Origin: Candidatus Humicultor tengchongensis
GTDB taxonomy: Bacteria; Sysuimicrobiota; Sysuimicrobiia; Sysuimicrobiales; Humicultoraceae
DNA: 45,499 nucleotides
Direction of reading: 5' to 3'
Assembly: GCA_031459715.1 (NCBI GenBank)
Contig: JAVKIA010000019.1
Coordinates: forward strand, 1-45,499
The notes beneath the pieces were generated by a model. That model did no database searches. It saw nothing but the letters and a program-made list of their open reading frames with translations, and was not told the DNA's origin. The position numbers and the translations under genes are program-made. Positions 9,577 to 19,106 of this stretch are shown one piece after another; the stretch's first letter is position 1; the number at the start of each line of letters is the position of its first letter.

Positions 9577-10905
9577 TTACAGGTCCGTGACCGCGGCCTG
9601 GCCGCCCCGGAAGCCTTCCAGCCGGGCCTTGATGTGGTTTAGGAACCGGTCGGCCACCGCGCCGTCAAAGACACGGTGGTCGAAGGAGAGCCCCAGGTGC
9701 ATGATGGAGCGGATGGCGATGGCCTCACCCCAGGGTGCCGCTTCGCCCCGCCCGTCGCCGCGACCCCCGACCACCACCGGCCGCCTGACAATGGCATCGG
9801 TGGCCAGGATGGCCGCCTGGCCGGGGAGGATGATGGGCATCGACCAGATCGAGCCGAAGATGCCGGGATTGGTGATGGTGAACGTCCCGCCCTCCACGTC
9901 CTCCAGGGTCAGCTTACCCTCGCGGGCCCTGCGGCTGAGGTCCTCCAGATCCCGGGCTATGCCCAGGAGCGACTTCTGATCGGCGTCCTTGATCACCGGA
10001 ACGATCAGGCCGTCCTCCAGGGCCACCCCGACGCCGATATTTACCCGGCCCCGCAGCAGGACGCCCTCCTCGGTCCAGGTGGAGTTGACCACGGGGAAGG
10101 CGCGCAGCGCCTCCGCCGCGGCCCGCACGAAGAAGGCGGTGTAGGTGAGGGCCACCCCGTGACGCTGCCGCCACTCGTCCTTGTACTTCTCCCGCCAGTC
10201 CACGACCCCGGTCATATCCACCTCGATCACGCCGTAGGCATGCGGGATCTCCCGCTTGGACTGGGCCATGCGCTGGGCAATGGTGCGTCGCAGCGGGGAG
10301 AGCTTGAGCAGCCGGTCGCCGGGAGCAGCCGCGGGGGTGGGGACGGCCGGCGCGGGGGCCACCGGCGGCCCTGCGGGTGAAGGGGCGGCAGCCGGCGGCG
10401 TGGCGGGGGAGACCACCGCCGGCGCAGTCTCCCGCTGGGCCACGTACCTGAGCAGGTCCTCCTTGGTGACCCGCCCGCCCGCCCCGCTGCCGCGGAGCTG
10501 CTCCACCTCGGCCAGGGGAATCCCGTGTTCTTCCGCCAGGCGGCGGACCAGCGGGGAGAGCCTGGCACCGGCCTGCCGCGGGGGCGGCGCACCCGCCGGG
10601 GGCGCAGAGGGGACGGGCCCCGCAGCCCCCGCCCCCACGGGTTCCCCCGCCGCCACGGGCTCGGCCGCTTCGACTTCCATCAGGGCGATGGGCGTTCCCA
10701 CCTCCCTGGTCTCACCCTCAGGCACCAGGATCTCTTTCAGGATGCCGCCATAGGGCGAGGGCATCTCCACGTTGACCTTGTCCGTGATGATCTCGACCAG
10801 AGGCTCAAACCGCTCCACCCGGTCGCCGGGCTGCTTCAGCCAGCGGCCGATGGTCCCCTCGAATGTGGACTCGCCTAGCTGGGGCAGCTTTATCTCAACG
10901 GGCAT
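9577..10905 (-). CDS. Dihydrolipoamide acyltransferase (E2) of a 2-oxoacid dehydrogenase complex, probably branched-chain
   Basis: 442 aa. It has a lipoyl domain ([14 protein letters not shown]), Ala/Pro linkers, a subunit-binding domain ([14 protein letters not shown]) and a catalytic domain with SFDHRVFDG. Confidence 0.9.
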   Translation of the reverse strand: MPVEIKLPQLGESTFEGTIGRWLKQPGDRVERFEPLVEIITDKVNVEMPSPYGGILKEILVPEGETREVGTPIALMEVEAAEPVAAGEPVGAGAAGPVPSAPPAGAPPPRQAGARLSPLVRRLAEEHGIPLAEVEQLRGSGAGGRVTKEDLLRYVAQRETAPAVVSPATPPAAAPSPAGPPVAPAPAVPTPAAAPGDRLLKLSPLRRTIAQRMAQSKREIPHAYGVIEVDMTGVVDWREKYKDEWRQRHGVALTYTAFFVRAAAEALRAFPVVNSTWTEEGVLLRGRVNIGVGVALEDGLIVPVIKDADQKSLLGIARDLEDLSRRAREGKLTLEDVEGGTFTITNPGIFGSIWSMPIILPGQAAILATDAIVRRPVVVGGRGDGRGEAAPWGEAIAIRSIMHLGLSFDHRVFDGAVADRFLNHIKARLEGFRGGQAAVTDL

Positions 10906-10957
10906 GCCGGGCCCCCGGGGTCATGGTCCCATTCTACACAACTCGGTCCAGGAAGGC

Positions 10958-11941
10958 TCAGTAGGCCGCCAGATGGCGCATGGCTGCGGCGATGCGGGCC
11001 TGGTCGATGTAGAACCACTCCTCCAGCGGCTTGCTGTAGGGAATGCCGGGCACGTCGGGCCCGGCCAGGCGCATAACCGGAGCGTCCAGGCTGTCGAAAG
11101 CCTCCTCGGCGATCAGGGCGGCGATCTCCGCGCCGTAGCCGCAGAACCGGTTGTCCTCGTAAACGATCAGCGCGCGGCTGGTCTTGGCCACGGAGGCCAG
11201 GATGGTGTTCTTGTCCAGCGGCTTGAGCGAGCGCACGTCCACCACCTCGGCGCTGATGCCCTCTGCCGCCACCACCTCCGCCGCCCGCAGCGCCTCGTGC
11301 AGCATCCAGCCGAAGGCGAAGACGGACAGGACGCTGCCCTCACGGCGCACCGCCGCGGGGCCGAGGGGCACCGTGTAGTCCCCCTCGGGGACCTCCCCCC
11401 GGACAATCCGGTAGGCGCGCTTGTGCTCCAGGAAAAGTACGGGGTCGGGGTCACGCACCGCGCTCTTGAGCATGCCCTTGGCGTCGTAGGGGGTAGACGG
11501 CGCCACCACCTTCAGCCCCGGGACGTGGGCGTAGAAGGACTCGACGGACTGGGAGTGATAGAGGGCCGTGCCGTGGGAGCCACCGTAGGGAGCACGGAAG
11601 ACCACCGGGCAGCCGTAGCTGCCGTTGGAACGGTAGCGCATCCGCGCCGCTTCGCTGACGATCTGGTTGAAGGCCGGGTGGATGAAGTCGGCAAACTGGA
11701 ACTCGGCGATGGGCAGCAGGCCGTTGGCGGCCATGCCGATGGCCACCCCGGCGATGGAGGACTCGGCCAGGGGGCTGTCGATGACCCGATCTTCTCCGAA
11801 CTTCTCGTACAACCCCATGGTCACACCGAAGACGCCGCCTTTACGGCCTACATCCTCCCCCAGGACAACCACGCGCTCGTCTCGAGCCATCTCCTCGTGG
11901 TGGGCCTGGTTCAGGGCATCGACGTAGCGCAGCTCAGGCAT
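10958..11941 (-). CDS. 2-oxoacid dehydrogenase E1 beta subunit
   Basis: 327 aa from ATG 11941 (MPELRYVDALNQAHHEEMARDERVVVLGEDVG...). The 143-codon upstream extension in the track ORF overlaps E1alpha out of frame and is rejected. Confidence 0.9.
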   Translation of the reverse strand: MPELRYVDALNQAHHEEMARDERVVVLGEDVGRKGGVFGVTMGLYEKFGEDRVIDSPLAESSIAGVAIGMAANGLLPIAEFQFADFIHPAFNQIVSEAARMRYRSNGSYGCPVVFRAPYGGSHGTALYHSQSVESFYAHVPGLKVVAPSTPYDAKGMLKSAVRDPDPVLFLEHKRAYRIVRGEVPEGDYTVPLGPAAVRREGSVLSVFAFGWMLHEALRAAEVVAAEGISAEVVDVRSLKPLDKNTILASVAKTSRALIVYEDNRFCGYGAEIAALIAEEAFDSLDAPVMRLAGPDVPGIPYSKPLEEWFYIDQARIAAAMRHLAAY

Positions 11942-11946
11942 CGCCC

Positions 11947-13050
11947 TCACCCCCCCCACTTGCCGGCGGGAGACAGCCAGGGATGCGGCGGGTGTGGCCC
12001 GGGGATCTGGCCGTCGGGATCGTAGAACGCGGGGTCCCGCTGCGTGGCGAACAGGTGCTGCTCGGCAGTGGCGGGATCGGGGAGCGGCTCGGCCTCGGCG
12101 GCGTCGGTGGCCTCGTCGATCTCCCGCTTGATCCGGGCCATCAGAGCCTGATAGCGCTCTTCGGTGAGCAGGCCGACGCTCTCCAGATAGGCCCGGAAGG
12201 TCAACAGGGGATCGCGCTGGCGAGCAGCCTCGATCTCCTCCCTGGGGCGGTAGCGTTCCTGCTGGTCGTCGCTGGAGTGCGACCCCAGCCGCTGAACGCG
12301 GTACTCGATGAGCGTGGGGCCGTCCCCGCGCCTGGCCCGCTCGTGGGCCTCCTTGGCCACGCGGTAGCACTCCAGCACATCACTGCCGTCGGCCACCACA
12401 CCCGGCATTCCGTACCCGGCAGCACGGGCGGCGATGTTCTCCCCGGCTACCTGCTTGCGTAGCGGGACGGAGATCGCATAGAAGTTGTTCTCCACCACGA
12501 AGATCACCGGCAGCCTGTAGATCCCCGCCCAGTTCAACGATTCGTGCCAGTCGCCCTGGCTGGTACCGCCGTCACCGATGGCCACCATGGTGATCTCGCC
12601 GGTCCTGCGCAGCTTCGCCGCGTAGGCGATGCCCACAGCATGAGGGTACTGGGTGCCCACGGGGCTGCTGGTGGAGAGGATCTTCAGGCGGGGGTGGCTG
12701 TAGTGGCCGGGCATCTGGCGGCCGCCGCTGCTGGGGTCGGTGGCGCGGGCAAACAGCCCCAGCAGCATCTCCCTGGGCGTCATCCCCTTGACCAGGCAGG
12801 CGGCCACCGACCGGTAGAAGGGCACGAACCAGTCACGCTGCCGGTCCATTGCCCACATGGCTCCCACCTGGCAGCCCTCGTGCCCGGGCCCGGAGATGAC
12901 GAACATGGCCTTGCCTGCCCGCTGCAGGACCCACATGCGGTCGTCCAGCGCCCGGGCCAGAGCGATGTAGTAGTACATGTCCAGCACGTCCTGGTCGCTC
13001 AGACCCAGGGCTGCGTGGCGGGCTGCAGTCCTGGTCTCGTGCAACACCAT
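11947..13050 (-). CDS. 2-oxoacid (2-oxoisovalerate-type) dehydrogenase E1 alpha subunit
   Basis: 367 aa with the TPP-binding motif GDGGTSQGDWHESLNWAGIYRLPVIFVVENN. Its size and sequence resemble heterotetrameric BCKDH-type E1alpha. Confidence 0.88.
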   Translation of the reverse strand: MVLHETRTAARHAALGLSDQDVLDMYYYIALARALDDRMWVLQRAGKAMFVISGPGHEGCQVGAMWAMDRQRDWFVPFYRSVAACLVKGMTPREMLLGLFARATDPSSGGRQMPGHYSHPRLKILSTSSPVGTQYPHAVGIAYAAKLRRTGEITMVAIGDGGTSQGDWHESLNWAGIYRLPVIFVVENNFYAISVPLRKQVAGENIAARAAGYGMPGVVADGSDVLECYRVAKEAHERARRGDGPTLIEYRVQRLGSHSSDDQQERYRPREEIEAARQRDPLLTFRAYLESVGLLTEERYQALMARIKREIDEATDAAEAEPLPDPATAEQHLFATQRDPAFYDPDGQIPGPHPPHPWLSPAGKWGG

Positions 13051-13063
13051 ACGGCTCCCCCCG

Positions 13064-14461
13064 TCAGATGTGAATGGCCCGGCCCAGCGCGTCCAGGGCC
13101 GCTTCCTTCAGCGCCTCGGCCAGGGTGGGGTGCGAGTGCACGGCGCGCCCCAGCTCATAGACGGTCCCCTCCAGGGATCTGACCGCGACGCCCTCCGCCA
13201 GCAGCTCCGTGACGCCGAACCCGACCATGTGTATGCCCAGAATCTCCCCCACCCGGGCGTCGGCCACCACCTTCACCAGCCCCTCGGTGGCGTCCTCGAT
13301 GGTAGCCTTGGAGTTGGCCTGGAAGGGGAAGCGCCCCACCCTCACCTCGCGGCCGCTCTCCCTGGCCTGCTGCTCGCTCAGCCCCATGGTGGCCACCTGG
13401 GGGATGGAGAACGTCGGCCGGGGGATGGCCTGGTAGTCGATGGACGGAGGCGAGGCTCCGGCGATGGACTCGGCCACAAACACCGCCTCCTCGGAGGCCA
13501 CGTGCGCCAGGCGGAAGGGTCGCCCCAGGACGTCCCCGATGCCGAAGATGGTCGGGGTGGCCGTGCGCAGGTTCGCGTCCACCTGCACCGCCCCCTGCTC
13601 GATCACCACCCCCGCCTCCTCCACAGCCAGCTCCCGATAGACCGGAGCCCGCCCCACCGCCACCAGCAGGTAGTCCGCGGCGATGGTGGTGGTCTGGTCG
13701 CCTTTGCGCAGGGTGATGGCCAACCCGTCGCCGCGGTACTCGACGCGCTCCGCCGTCGACTCCGTGTGCACCTGGATCCCGCGCCGCTCGAAAGACCGCT
13801 GCAGCTGCCGGCCGATCTCCTCGTCCTCCAAAGGCAGCAGCGTCGGCAGCAGCTCCACCAGCGTCACCTCGGCTCCGAAGGCGCGGAAGACGCTGGCCAT
13901 CTCCACCCCTACCGGCCCGGCACCCAGGATGGCGATGGCCCGCGGCACCTCCTTCAGGTCCAGCGCCGCGGTGCTGTCGATGATGCGCCGGTTGTCAATG
14001 GCAATCCCCGGGACGCTTCGTGGCGCGGAACCGGTGGCGATCATGAAGTGCTTCCCCCGCAGCGCGGTCTCCGACCCGTCCGCCAGGGCCACCGCCACCT
14101 CGGTCCTGCTCAGGAAGCGGGCCTCCCCGTGGAAGACGTCGACCCGGTTCTTGCGCAGCAGGTACTGGGTGCCCTTGTAGAGTTTCTCCACCACGCGCCG
14201 CTTCCTGGCGTGCACCGCGGCCAGGTCCACAGCCAGGTCACCGGTGGCGATCCCCAGGTCCCGGCCCCGGCGCAGCTCGTCCAGGACCCCGGCCACGTAG
14301 AGCAGCGCCTTGGTGGGGATGCAGCCGTAGTGCAGGCAGGTGCCGCCCACCTTGTCCCGCTCCACCACCGCCGTGCGCAGTCCAAGCTGCGCGGCGCGGA
14401 TGGCCCCCACGTAGCCGCCCGGTCCTGCGCCGATGACCACCAGGTCATAGGGTTCGGGCAT
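13064..14461 (-). CDS. lpd: Dihydrolipoyl dehydrogenase (E3)
   Basis: 465 aa with FAD motif GAGPGGY, the redox disulfide GGTCLHYGCIPTK, an NAD Rossmann GAGPVGVE and C-terminal HSHPTLAE. Confidence 0.95.
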   Translation of the reverse strand: MPEPYDLVVIGAGPGGYVGAIRAAQLGLRTAVVERDKVGGTCLHYGCIPTKALLYVAGVLDELRRGRDLGIATGDLAVDLAAVHARKRRVVEKLYKGTQYLLRKNRVDVFHGEARFLSRTEVAVALADGSETALRGKHFMIATGSAPRSVPGIAIDNRRIIDSTAALDLKEVPRAIAILGAGPVGVEMASVFRAFGAEVTLVELLPTLLPLEDEEIGRQLQRSFERRGIQVHTESTAERVEYRGDGLAITLRKGDQTTTIAADYLLVAVGRAPVYRELAVEEAGVVIEQGAVQVDANLRTATPTIFGIGDVLGRPFRLAHVASEEAVFVAESIAGASPPSIDYQAIPRPTFSIPQVATMGLSEQQARESGREVRVGRFPFQANSKATIEDATEGLVKVVADARVGEILGIHMVGFGVTELLAEGVAVRSLEGTVYELGRAVHSHPTLAEALKEAALDALGRAIHI

Positions 14462-14563
14462 GTGCTCTCCTCTCTATCCTCCCACTCCTGTCCGCCGTCA
14501 TACCCTCAATGCACCTCTCGTCCCGGCAGTTGGGAGAGCAGCTTGAGGTAGCGCGGCACGAGG

Positions 14564-16252
14564 CTACTTCCCCACACGGATGCGGATGATATGGTGACCG
14601 GTCGCCCCCTCCGGCAGCGGGGGCGAGGGCTGCGCCGTCTGCAGGGCCCCGGTGCCGTCGCGCGCCCGCACCCGCACCCGGTACTCCCCCGGTGCCGCCG
14701 GCGTCCACACCACCGCCCACAGCACCCAGGTATACGGCCCCAGCGGCGCCTTGACCTGCGCTGCCAGCCAGGCCCTGCCGTCGTCCGGGGAGACCTCCAC
14801 CGCCCGGATCCTCCGGGCGCCGGCGTAGGCCACCCCGCCCAGGCCCACCTCCTCCCCGGCCTTCGCCCGCAGCGGGGAAGGGATGGTGAACTTGGACATG
14901 GTCTGCACCACCGCCTGGTCGCTCCACCCCGAGCGCTCCCAGAACCCCTGGAAGTCGAAATCGGCCGCCTCGATCCGGGTGATCCACTTGGGATTCTTCA
15001 TCCCAAACAACCCCGGCACCAGCAGCCGCAGCGGGAAGCCGTGCCTGGGCGGCAGGGGCTCGCCGTTCATCTCGTAGACGAGCAGGGTGTCGGGATGCAG
15101 CGCTTCGGCCACCGGCAGCGATTCCGTGTAGCCGTCGGCGCAACGGAAGACCAGCTTGATGGCAGTGGGCGGCAGGCCTCCGGCCCTGGCCACCACGTCA
15201 CGCAGCCGGACTCCGCGCCAGTAGGCGTTGCCGATCAGGTCGCCGCCGACCTCGTTGCTGATGCACTCCAGGGTGTGCGGCCGGCGCACCGCAGGCATGG
15301 CCTTGAGCTCGTCCAGGCCCATCACCAGCGGGCGGTCCGGCCGCACTGCGACCTCCAGCCGCCAGCGATCGGCCCGCAGCACAGGGTCGAGTCCCGGCGG
15401 GTTCTTGCTCACCACATAGAACTGGTCGGTGGGTGTGACCTCCGGTGGCAACCCGCGCACGCGGGTAAAGGGACTCTGAGCGGTGACGGCGGGCCCTCCG
15501 GCCGCGGCGGCCCGCTCCTGCGCGGTGGGGGATATTGCGCCCAAACGTCCGGGCGCGCCGGGAGGTGCTGCGGCGGATGGTCTGAGCGCGGCCAGCCACT
15601 GCCACAGGCTCGCTCCCGTCAGCGTCCCCAGAGCCAGAGCCAGCCAGCGGCCCAGCAGCTCCCGGCGGGTACGGCTGTCCCCGCCGGCGGGGCCAAAACG
15701 GCGGGCGGGGGGCCACAGGACCGCCCCGGTCACCAACAGGGCGAACAGGCCCGCGTAAACGGCCAGCGCGCCCAGAATCCGGGCAGCAACGGAGGTGGGG
15801 TCGGGCTCGAGCACCCCCATGCCCTGCAGCCGGCCGCGCATGTACTCGGCGCCCGGGGTGAAGGTCAACCCCACGAGCGGCACAAATGCGGCGAGAAATG
15901 CGACCAGAAACCTGGTCGCAGCGACCCGGGCCGCGCTGCCGCCGCCTTCCGGTGCGCCGCCGTGGCCTGCAGACGGCTGCCCCCACGGCGCCCGTCCCAG
16001 AACGTATCCCAAAAGCGCCCAGGCGGCCACCATCCCCGCGAGCATCCCCCAGAAGGCCAGCGGCTTGGCCAGGAACTTGAGGCGGACGATGAGGAAGCCG
16101 AAGACCTCCACTGGCAGCAGGCGCAGGGTCCGCTCCCACAGGGCCAGAGCGACCACCGGGAACCCTGCAGTAAAAGTCCCCCGCAGCATCAGCGACACCG
16201 CCAGCACTCCAGCGGTGGCGCCGCCCAGCGCGCCGCGCGCGCCCCTGCTCAT
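14564..16252 (-). CDS. Membrane-anchored sulfite-oxidase-family (SUOX/YedY-like) molybdopterin oxidoreductase
   Basis: 562 aa. The N-terminal ~220 aa contain several hydrophobic helices. The SUOX Moco domain follows (FYVVSKN..., HTLECISNEVGG with the Mo-ligand Cys, GFPLRLLVPGLFGMKNPKWI), then an Ig-like C-terminal domain. The start lies 10 nt after the nuoC stop. Confidence 0.85.
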   Translation of the reverse strand: MSRGARGALGGATAGVLAVSLMLRGTFTAGFPVVALALWERTLRLLPVEVFGFLIVRLKFLAKPLAFWGMLAGMVAAWALLGYVLGRAPWGQPSAGHGGAPEGGGSAARVAATRFLVAFLAAFVPLVGLTFTPGAEYMRGRLQGMGVLEPDPTSVAARILGALAVYAGLFALLVTGAVLWPPARRFGPAGGDSRTRRELLGRWLALALGTLTGASLWQWLAALRPSAAAPPGAPGRLGAISPTAQERAAAAGGPAVTAQSPFTRVRGLPPEVTPTDQFYVVSKNPPGLDPVLRADRWRLEVAVRPDRPLVMGLDELKAMPAVRRPHTLECISNEVGGDLIGNAYWRGVRLRDVVARAGGLPPTAIKLVFRCADGYTESLPVAEALHPDTLLVYEMNGEPLPPRHGFPLRLLVPGLFGMKNPKWITRIEAADFDFQGFWERSGWSDQAVVQTMSKFTIPSPLRAKAGEEVGLGGVAYAGARRIRAVEVSPDDGRAWLAAQVKAPLGPYTWVLWAVVWTPAAPGEYRVRVRARDGTGALQTAQPSPPLPEGATGHHIIRIRVGK

Positions 16253-16262
16253 GTGCTGATCC

Positions 16263-16802
16263 CTACGCGCGTTCTCCCAGCCCGAGCCCCTCGATCTCCC
16301 GCTGCCGCTGCGCTGCCAGCGCCCGGAGCCATTCCGGGTCCTCGAAGACGTAATCCTTGCGCAGAGGGTGCCCCACCCAGTCCTCGGTCATCATGATGCG
16401 CCGGAGGTTGGGGTGCCCCTCGAAGGTGATGCCCAGGAGGTCGTAGGCTTCTCGCTCATGCCAGTCTGCGCCCTGCCAGATGCCGGTGACGCTGGGCACC
16501 CGGGGATCGTCGCGCGGCGTACGCACCTTGAGCACTAGCTCGTGCTGGTGGCGGAAGGAGAAGAGGTGGTAGACGACATCGATGCGTTGCTCTTCCGGGT
16601 AGTCCACCCCTGTGACAAACGACAGGTAGTCCATGGCGAATTCCGGATCGGCGGCCACGAAGCGGCAGATCTCCAGTAGCTGGTCCGCAGGCACCCAGGC
16701 CCCGGGGGTGAGGTAGACCGGGGCCTTCGCCTCCTCCCGCCGGGGAAACGGCTCCACCTGGGGGAACCGCCGGCGCAGGCGCTCCACCAGCTCCCAGCTC
16801 AC
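16263..16802 (-). CDS. nuoC: NADH-quinone oxidoreductase subunit C-like (30-kDa subunit family)
   Basis: 179 aa from GTG 16802, which overlaps the nuoI stop (GTGA). Sequence includes ...VVYHLFSFRHQHELVLKV...WHEREAYDLLGITFEGHPNLRRI... The upstream part of track ORF 16263..17252 is an out-of-frame shadow of nuoI. Confidence 0.88.
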   Translation of the reverse strand: MSWELVERLRRRFPQVEPFPRREEAKAPVYLTPGAWVPADQLLEICRFVAADPEFAMDYLSFVTGVDYPEEQRIDVVYHLFSFRHQHELVLKVRTPRDDPRVPSVTGIWQGADWHEREAYDLLGITFEGHPNLRRIMMTEDWVGHPLRKDYVFEDPEWLRALAAQRQREIEGLGLGERA

Positions 16803-17275
16803 AGCACCCTCCCCCGGATCACGCCGCGGGCGATGGGCTCCTTGGGCGCGGCCCGGTGCAGGTCCTCCAGACTGTAGAGGAGGTTGGCCCGGTTGTAGGT
16901 GCTGGCCTCGTAGTGTGGCACGAAGACGATGGCCTCCGTAGGGCAGACCTCCACGCACAGCCCGCAGTACTGGCACTTGTCCATCTCGATGTCGAAGCGG
17001 GTGAGCACTCGCTCCTTGCCCCGTCCGGTGGCCTCGATGTGGATGCAGCGGCTGGGGCAGACCCGCTCGCACTGGAAGCAGATGATGCACTGGTCGTTGC
17101 CGGTCTCCGGGTCCACCGGCAGGGCCAGCAGCCCGTGCCAGCGCGGAGAGATGTCGTTCTTCTCCAGCGGGTACTTGACGGTGTTCTTGGGGCGGACCAG
17201 GGCAATGAAGGTGAGCCGCAGCCCCTCCGCCAGCGCCTGCGCCCCCTGCCACACCCGTCCCAGGCTTACGGCCAC
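16799..17275 (-). CDS. nuoI: NADH-quinone oxidoreductase subunit I-like (2x[4Fe-4S] ferredoxin)
   Basis: 158 aa with two cluster motifs, CIICFQCERVCP and CQYCGLCVEVCP. Confidence 0.9.
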   Translation of the reverse strand: MAVSLGRVWQGAQALAEGLRLTFIALVRPKNTVKYPLEKNDISPRWHGLLALPVDPETGNDQCIICFQCERVCPSRCIHIEATGRGKERVLTRFDIEMDKCQYCGLCVEVCPTEAIVFVPHYEASTYNRANLLYSLEDLHRAAPKEPIARGVIRGRVL

Positions 17276-17340
17276 CAGCTCACCTCCGCCCCGTGGCCCT
17301 GCCCTACCGGCCGCGCCCGCGCCATGGTCCCACCCCGGAA

Positions 17341-18447
17341 TTACCGGTCCACATCCGAAAGCACAATGTCCACGCTGCCCAGGATGGCGATCACGTCGGC
17401 GATCTTCCAGCCGCGCATCATCTCTGACAGCGCATAGAGGTTGTTGAAGGCCGGGGCACGGATCTTCACCCGGTAGGGGTGCTCCTCCCCGTCGCTGACC
17501 AGATAGATACCCAGGTCCCCCCGCGGGGATTCCGTGCGCGTGTAGACCTCGCCCCTGGGCAGGCGCAGGGTGACGGGGATCTTCGGCGCGCGGATCTCGC
17601 CGGGTGGCAGCTTGGCCACCGCCTGCCGGATGATGCGGGTGGACTGCCGCATCTCCTCCACGCGCACCTGGTAGCGGGCGAAACAGTCCCCCTCCTGGCG
17701 CACCGGGATGTCGAAGTCCACCTCCGCGTACTTCTCGTAGGGGAAGGCTTTGCGTACGTCAAAGGCGATCCCGGAGGCCCGGGCTACCGGCCCCGACGCC
17801 CCCAGGTTGACGGCCAGCTCTCGCGGCAGTACCCCCACCCCCCTGGTGCGCACCTCAAAGATGGGATTGGCGGTGAACAGCCCCTCGTACTCTGCAATAC
17901 GCCCGGGGAACTCGTCGCAGAAGGCCAGCGCCTGCTCCACCCAGCCGTCGGGAATGTCGTCGCAGACGCCGCCGGGGCGGAAGTAGACGTGGTGCAGCCG
18001 TCCGCCCGTGACCCGTTCGAAGAGGTCCAGGACCTTCTCCCGCTCCCGGAAGCACCAGAGGAACATGGTGGTGGCCCCCAGGTCAGCCCCCCAGGTGCCC
18101 AGCCAGACCAGGTGGCTGGAGATGCGCTGCAGCTCCAGGAGGATGACCCGCAGCCACTGCGCCCGCTCCGGCACGCTGATCCCACCCAGGGTCTCCACCG
18201 CCCGCAGCAGCGCTTCCTCGTTGGCCAGCGCCGCCAGGTAATCCATCCCCCGGTCGGCCAGGGAGACGGACTGCAGGTAGGTGCGGTACTCCATCATCTT
18301 CTCGACGGAGGAGTGGAGGTAGCCGATGTCCGGGGCCACCTCCACAATGTTCTCGCCTTCCAGGGTGACGATCATCCGCAGCACCCCGTGCGTGCTGGGG
18401 TGCTGGGGCCCCAGGTTGAGGATGAGCTCTTCGGTGCGCAGCGCCAT
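17341..18447 (-). CDS. nuoD: NADH-quinone oxidoreductase subunit D-like (49-kDa family, short form, no NiFe cysteines)
   Basis: 368 aa. The N-terminus is LNLGPQHPSTHGVLRM and the C-terminus ILGSVDIVLSDVDR. Both are NuoD-type rather than hydrogenase CxxC motifs. Confidence 0.9.
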   Translation of the reverse strand: MALRTEELILNLGPQHPSTHGVLRMIVTLEGENIVEVAPDIGYLHSSVEKMMEYRTYLQSVSLADRGMDYLAALANEEALLRAVETLGGISVPERAQWLRVILLELQRISSHLVWLGTWGADLGATTMFLWCFREREKVLDLFERVTGGRLHHVYFRPGGVCDDIPDGWVEQALAFCDEFPGRIAEYEGLFTANPIFEVRTRGVGVLPRELAVNLGASGPVARASGIAFDVRKAFPYEKYAEVDFDIPVRQEGDCFARYQVRVEEMRQSTRIIRQAVAKLPPGEIRAPKIPVTLRLPRGEVYTRTESPRGDLGIYLVSDGEEHPYRVKIRAPAFNNLYALSEMMRGWKIADVIAILGSVDIVLSDVDR

Positions 18448-18451
18448 GAGC

Positions 18452-19042
18452 TCAGGAGGCCGCCACGCCGGCGCGGCGCCGCAGGAAGGGCTCCTTCTTG
18501 ATCTTCTCCTGGAGCTTCAGGATGCCCTCGTAGAGGGCCTCTGGCCGCGGCGGGCATCCCGGCACGTAGACATCCACCGGGATGATGGTGTCGATGCCCT
18601 TGAGGATGGAATAGTTGTCATAGAAGAAGGGTCCGCCGCAGGTGGCGCACGACCCCATGGAGATCACGTACTTGGGCTCAGGAATCTGCTCGTAGAGGCG
18701 GCGGACGATGGGAGCCATCTTGATGGTGCAGCGGCCGGAGACGATGATCAGGTCCGCCTGGCGCGGGGTGCCGCGGAAGAAGGTGCCGATGCGATCCATG
18801 TCGAACCGGCCGGCGGCCGCCGCCATCATCTCGATGGCGCAGCAGGCCAGGCCGAACCCCAGGGCCCAGAGGCTGCTGGCCCGCCCCCAGTTCAGGACCT
18901 GTTCCACTGAGGAGAGGATGACGCTGCCCCCGGGGAGGACGTCGATCATCTCGACCAGCCTGTCGATGGGCGTGGCGGTGCTGACGCGCAATTGACCGTT
19001 CCCCTGCCCGCCGGGCAGGGACCTCTCTGGCAGGTCGGGCAT
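18452..19042 (-). CDS. nuoB: NADH-quinone oxidoreductase subunit B-like (N2 cluster subunit)
   Basis: Carries [17 protein letters not shown] and [10 protein letters not shown] prefer ATG 19042 (GGGGAGG 7 nt upstream) over the track start 19075. Confidence 0.88.
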   Translation of the reverse strand: MPDLPERSLPGGQGNGQLRVSTATPIDRLVEMIDVLPGGSVILSSVEQVLNWGRASSLWALGFGLACCAIEMMAAAAGRFDMDRIGTFFRGTPRQADLIIVSGRCTIKMAPIVRRLYEQIPEPKYVISMGSCATCGGPFFYDNYSILKGIDTIIPVDVYVPGCPPRPEALYEGILKLQEKIKKEPFLRRRAGVAAS

Positions 19043-19076
19043 CCCTGGACCTCCCCGGCTCCCGCGGCCGGTCAAA

Positions 19077-19106
19077 TCCTAGCATGAGCATTTCAGAGGG
19101 GTCAAA
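19077..19106 (-). promoter_or_regulatory. Putative sigma-A-type promoter for nuoB-D-I-C and the SUOX gene
   Basis: Minus strand reads TTGACC-N18-TAGGAT, about 35 nt upstream of the nuoB ATG. Confidence 0.4.
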
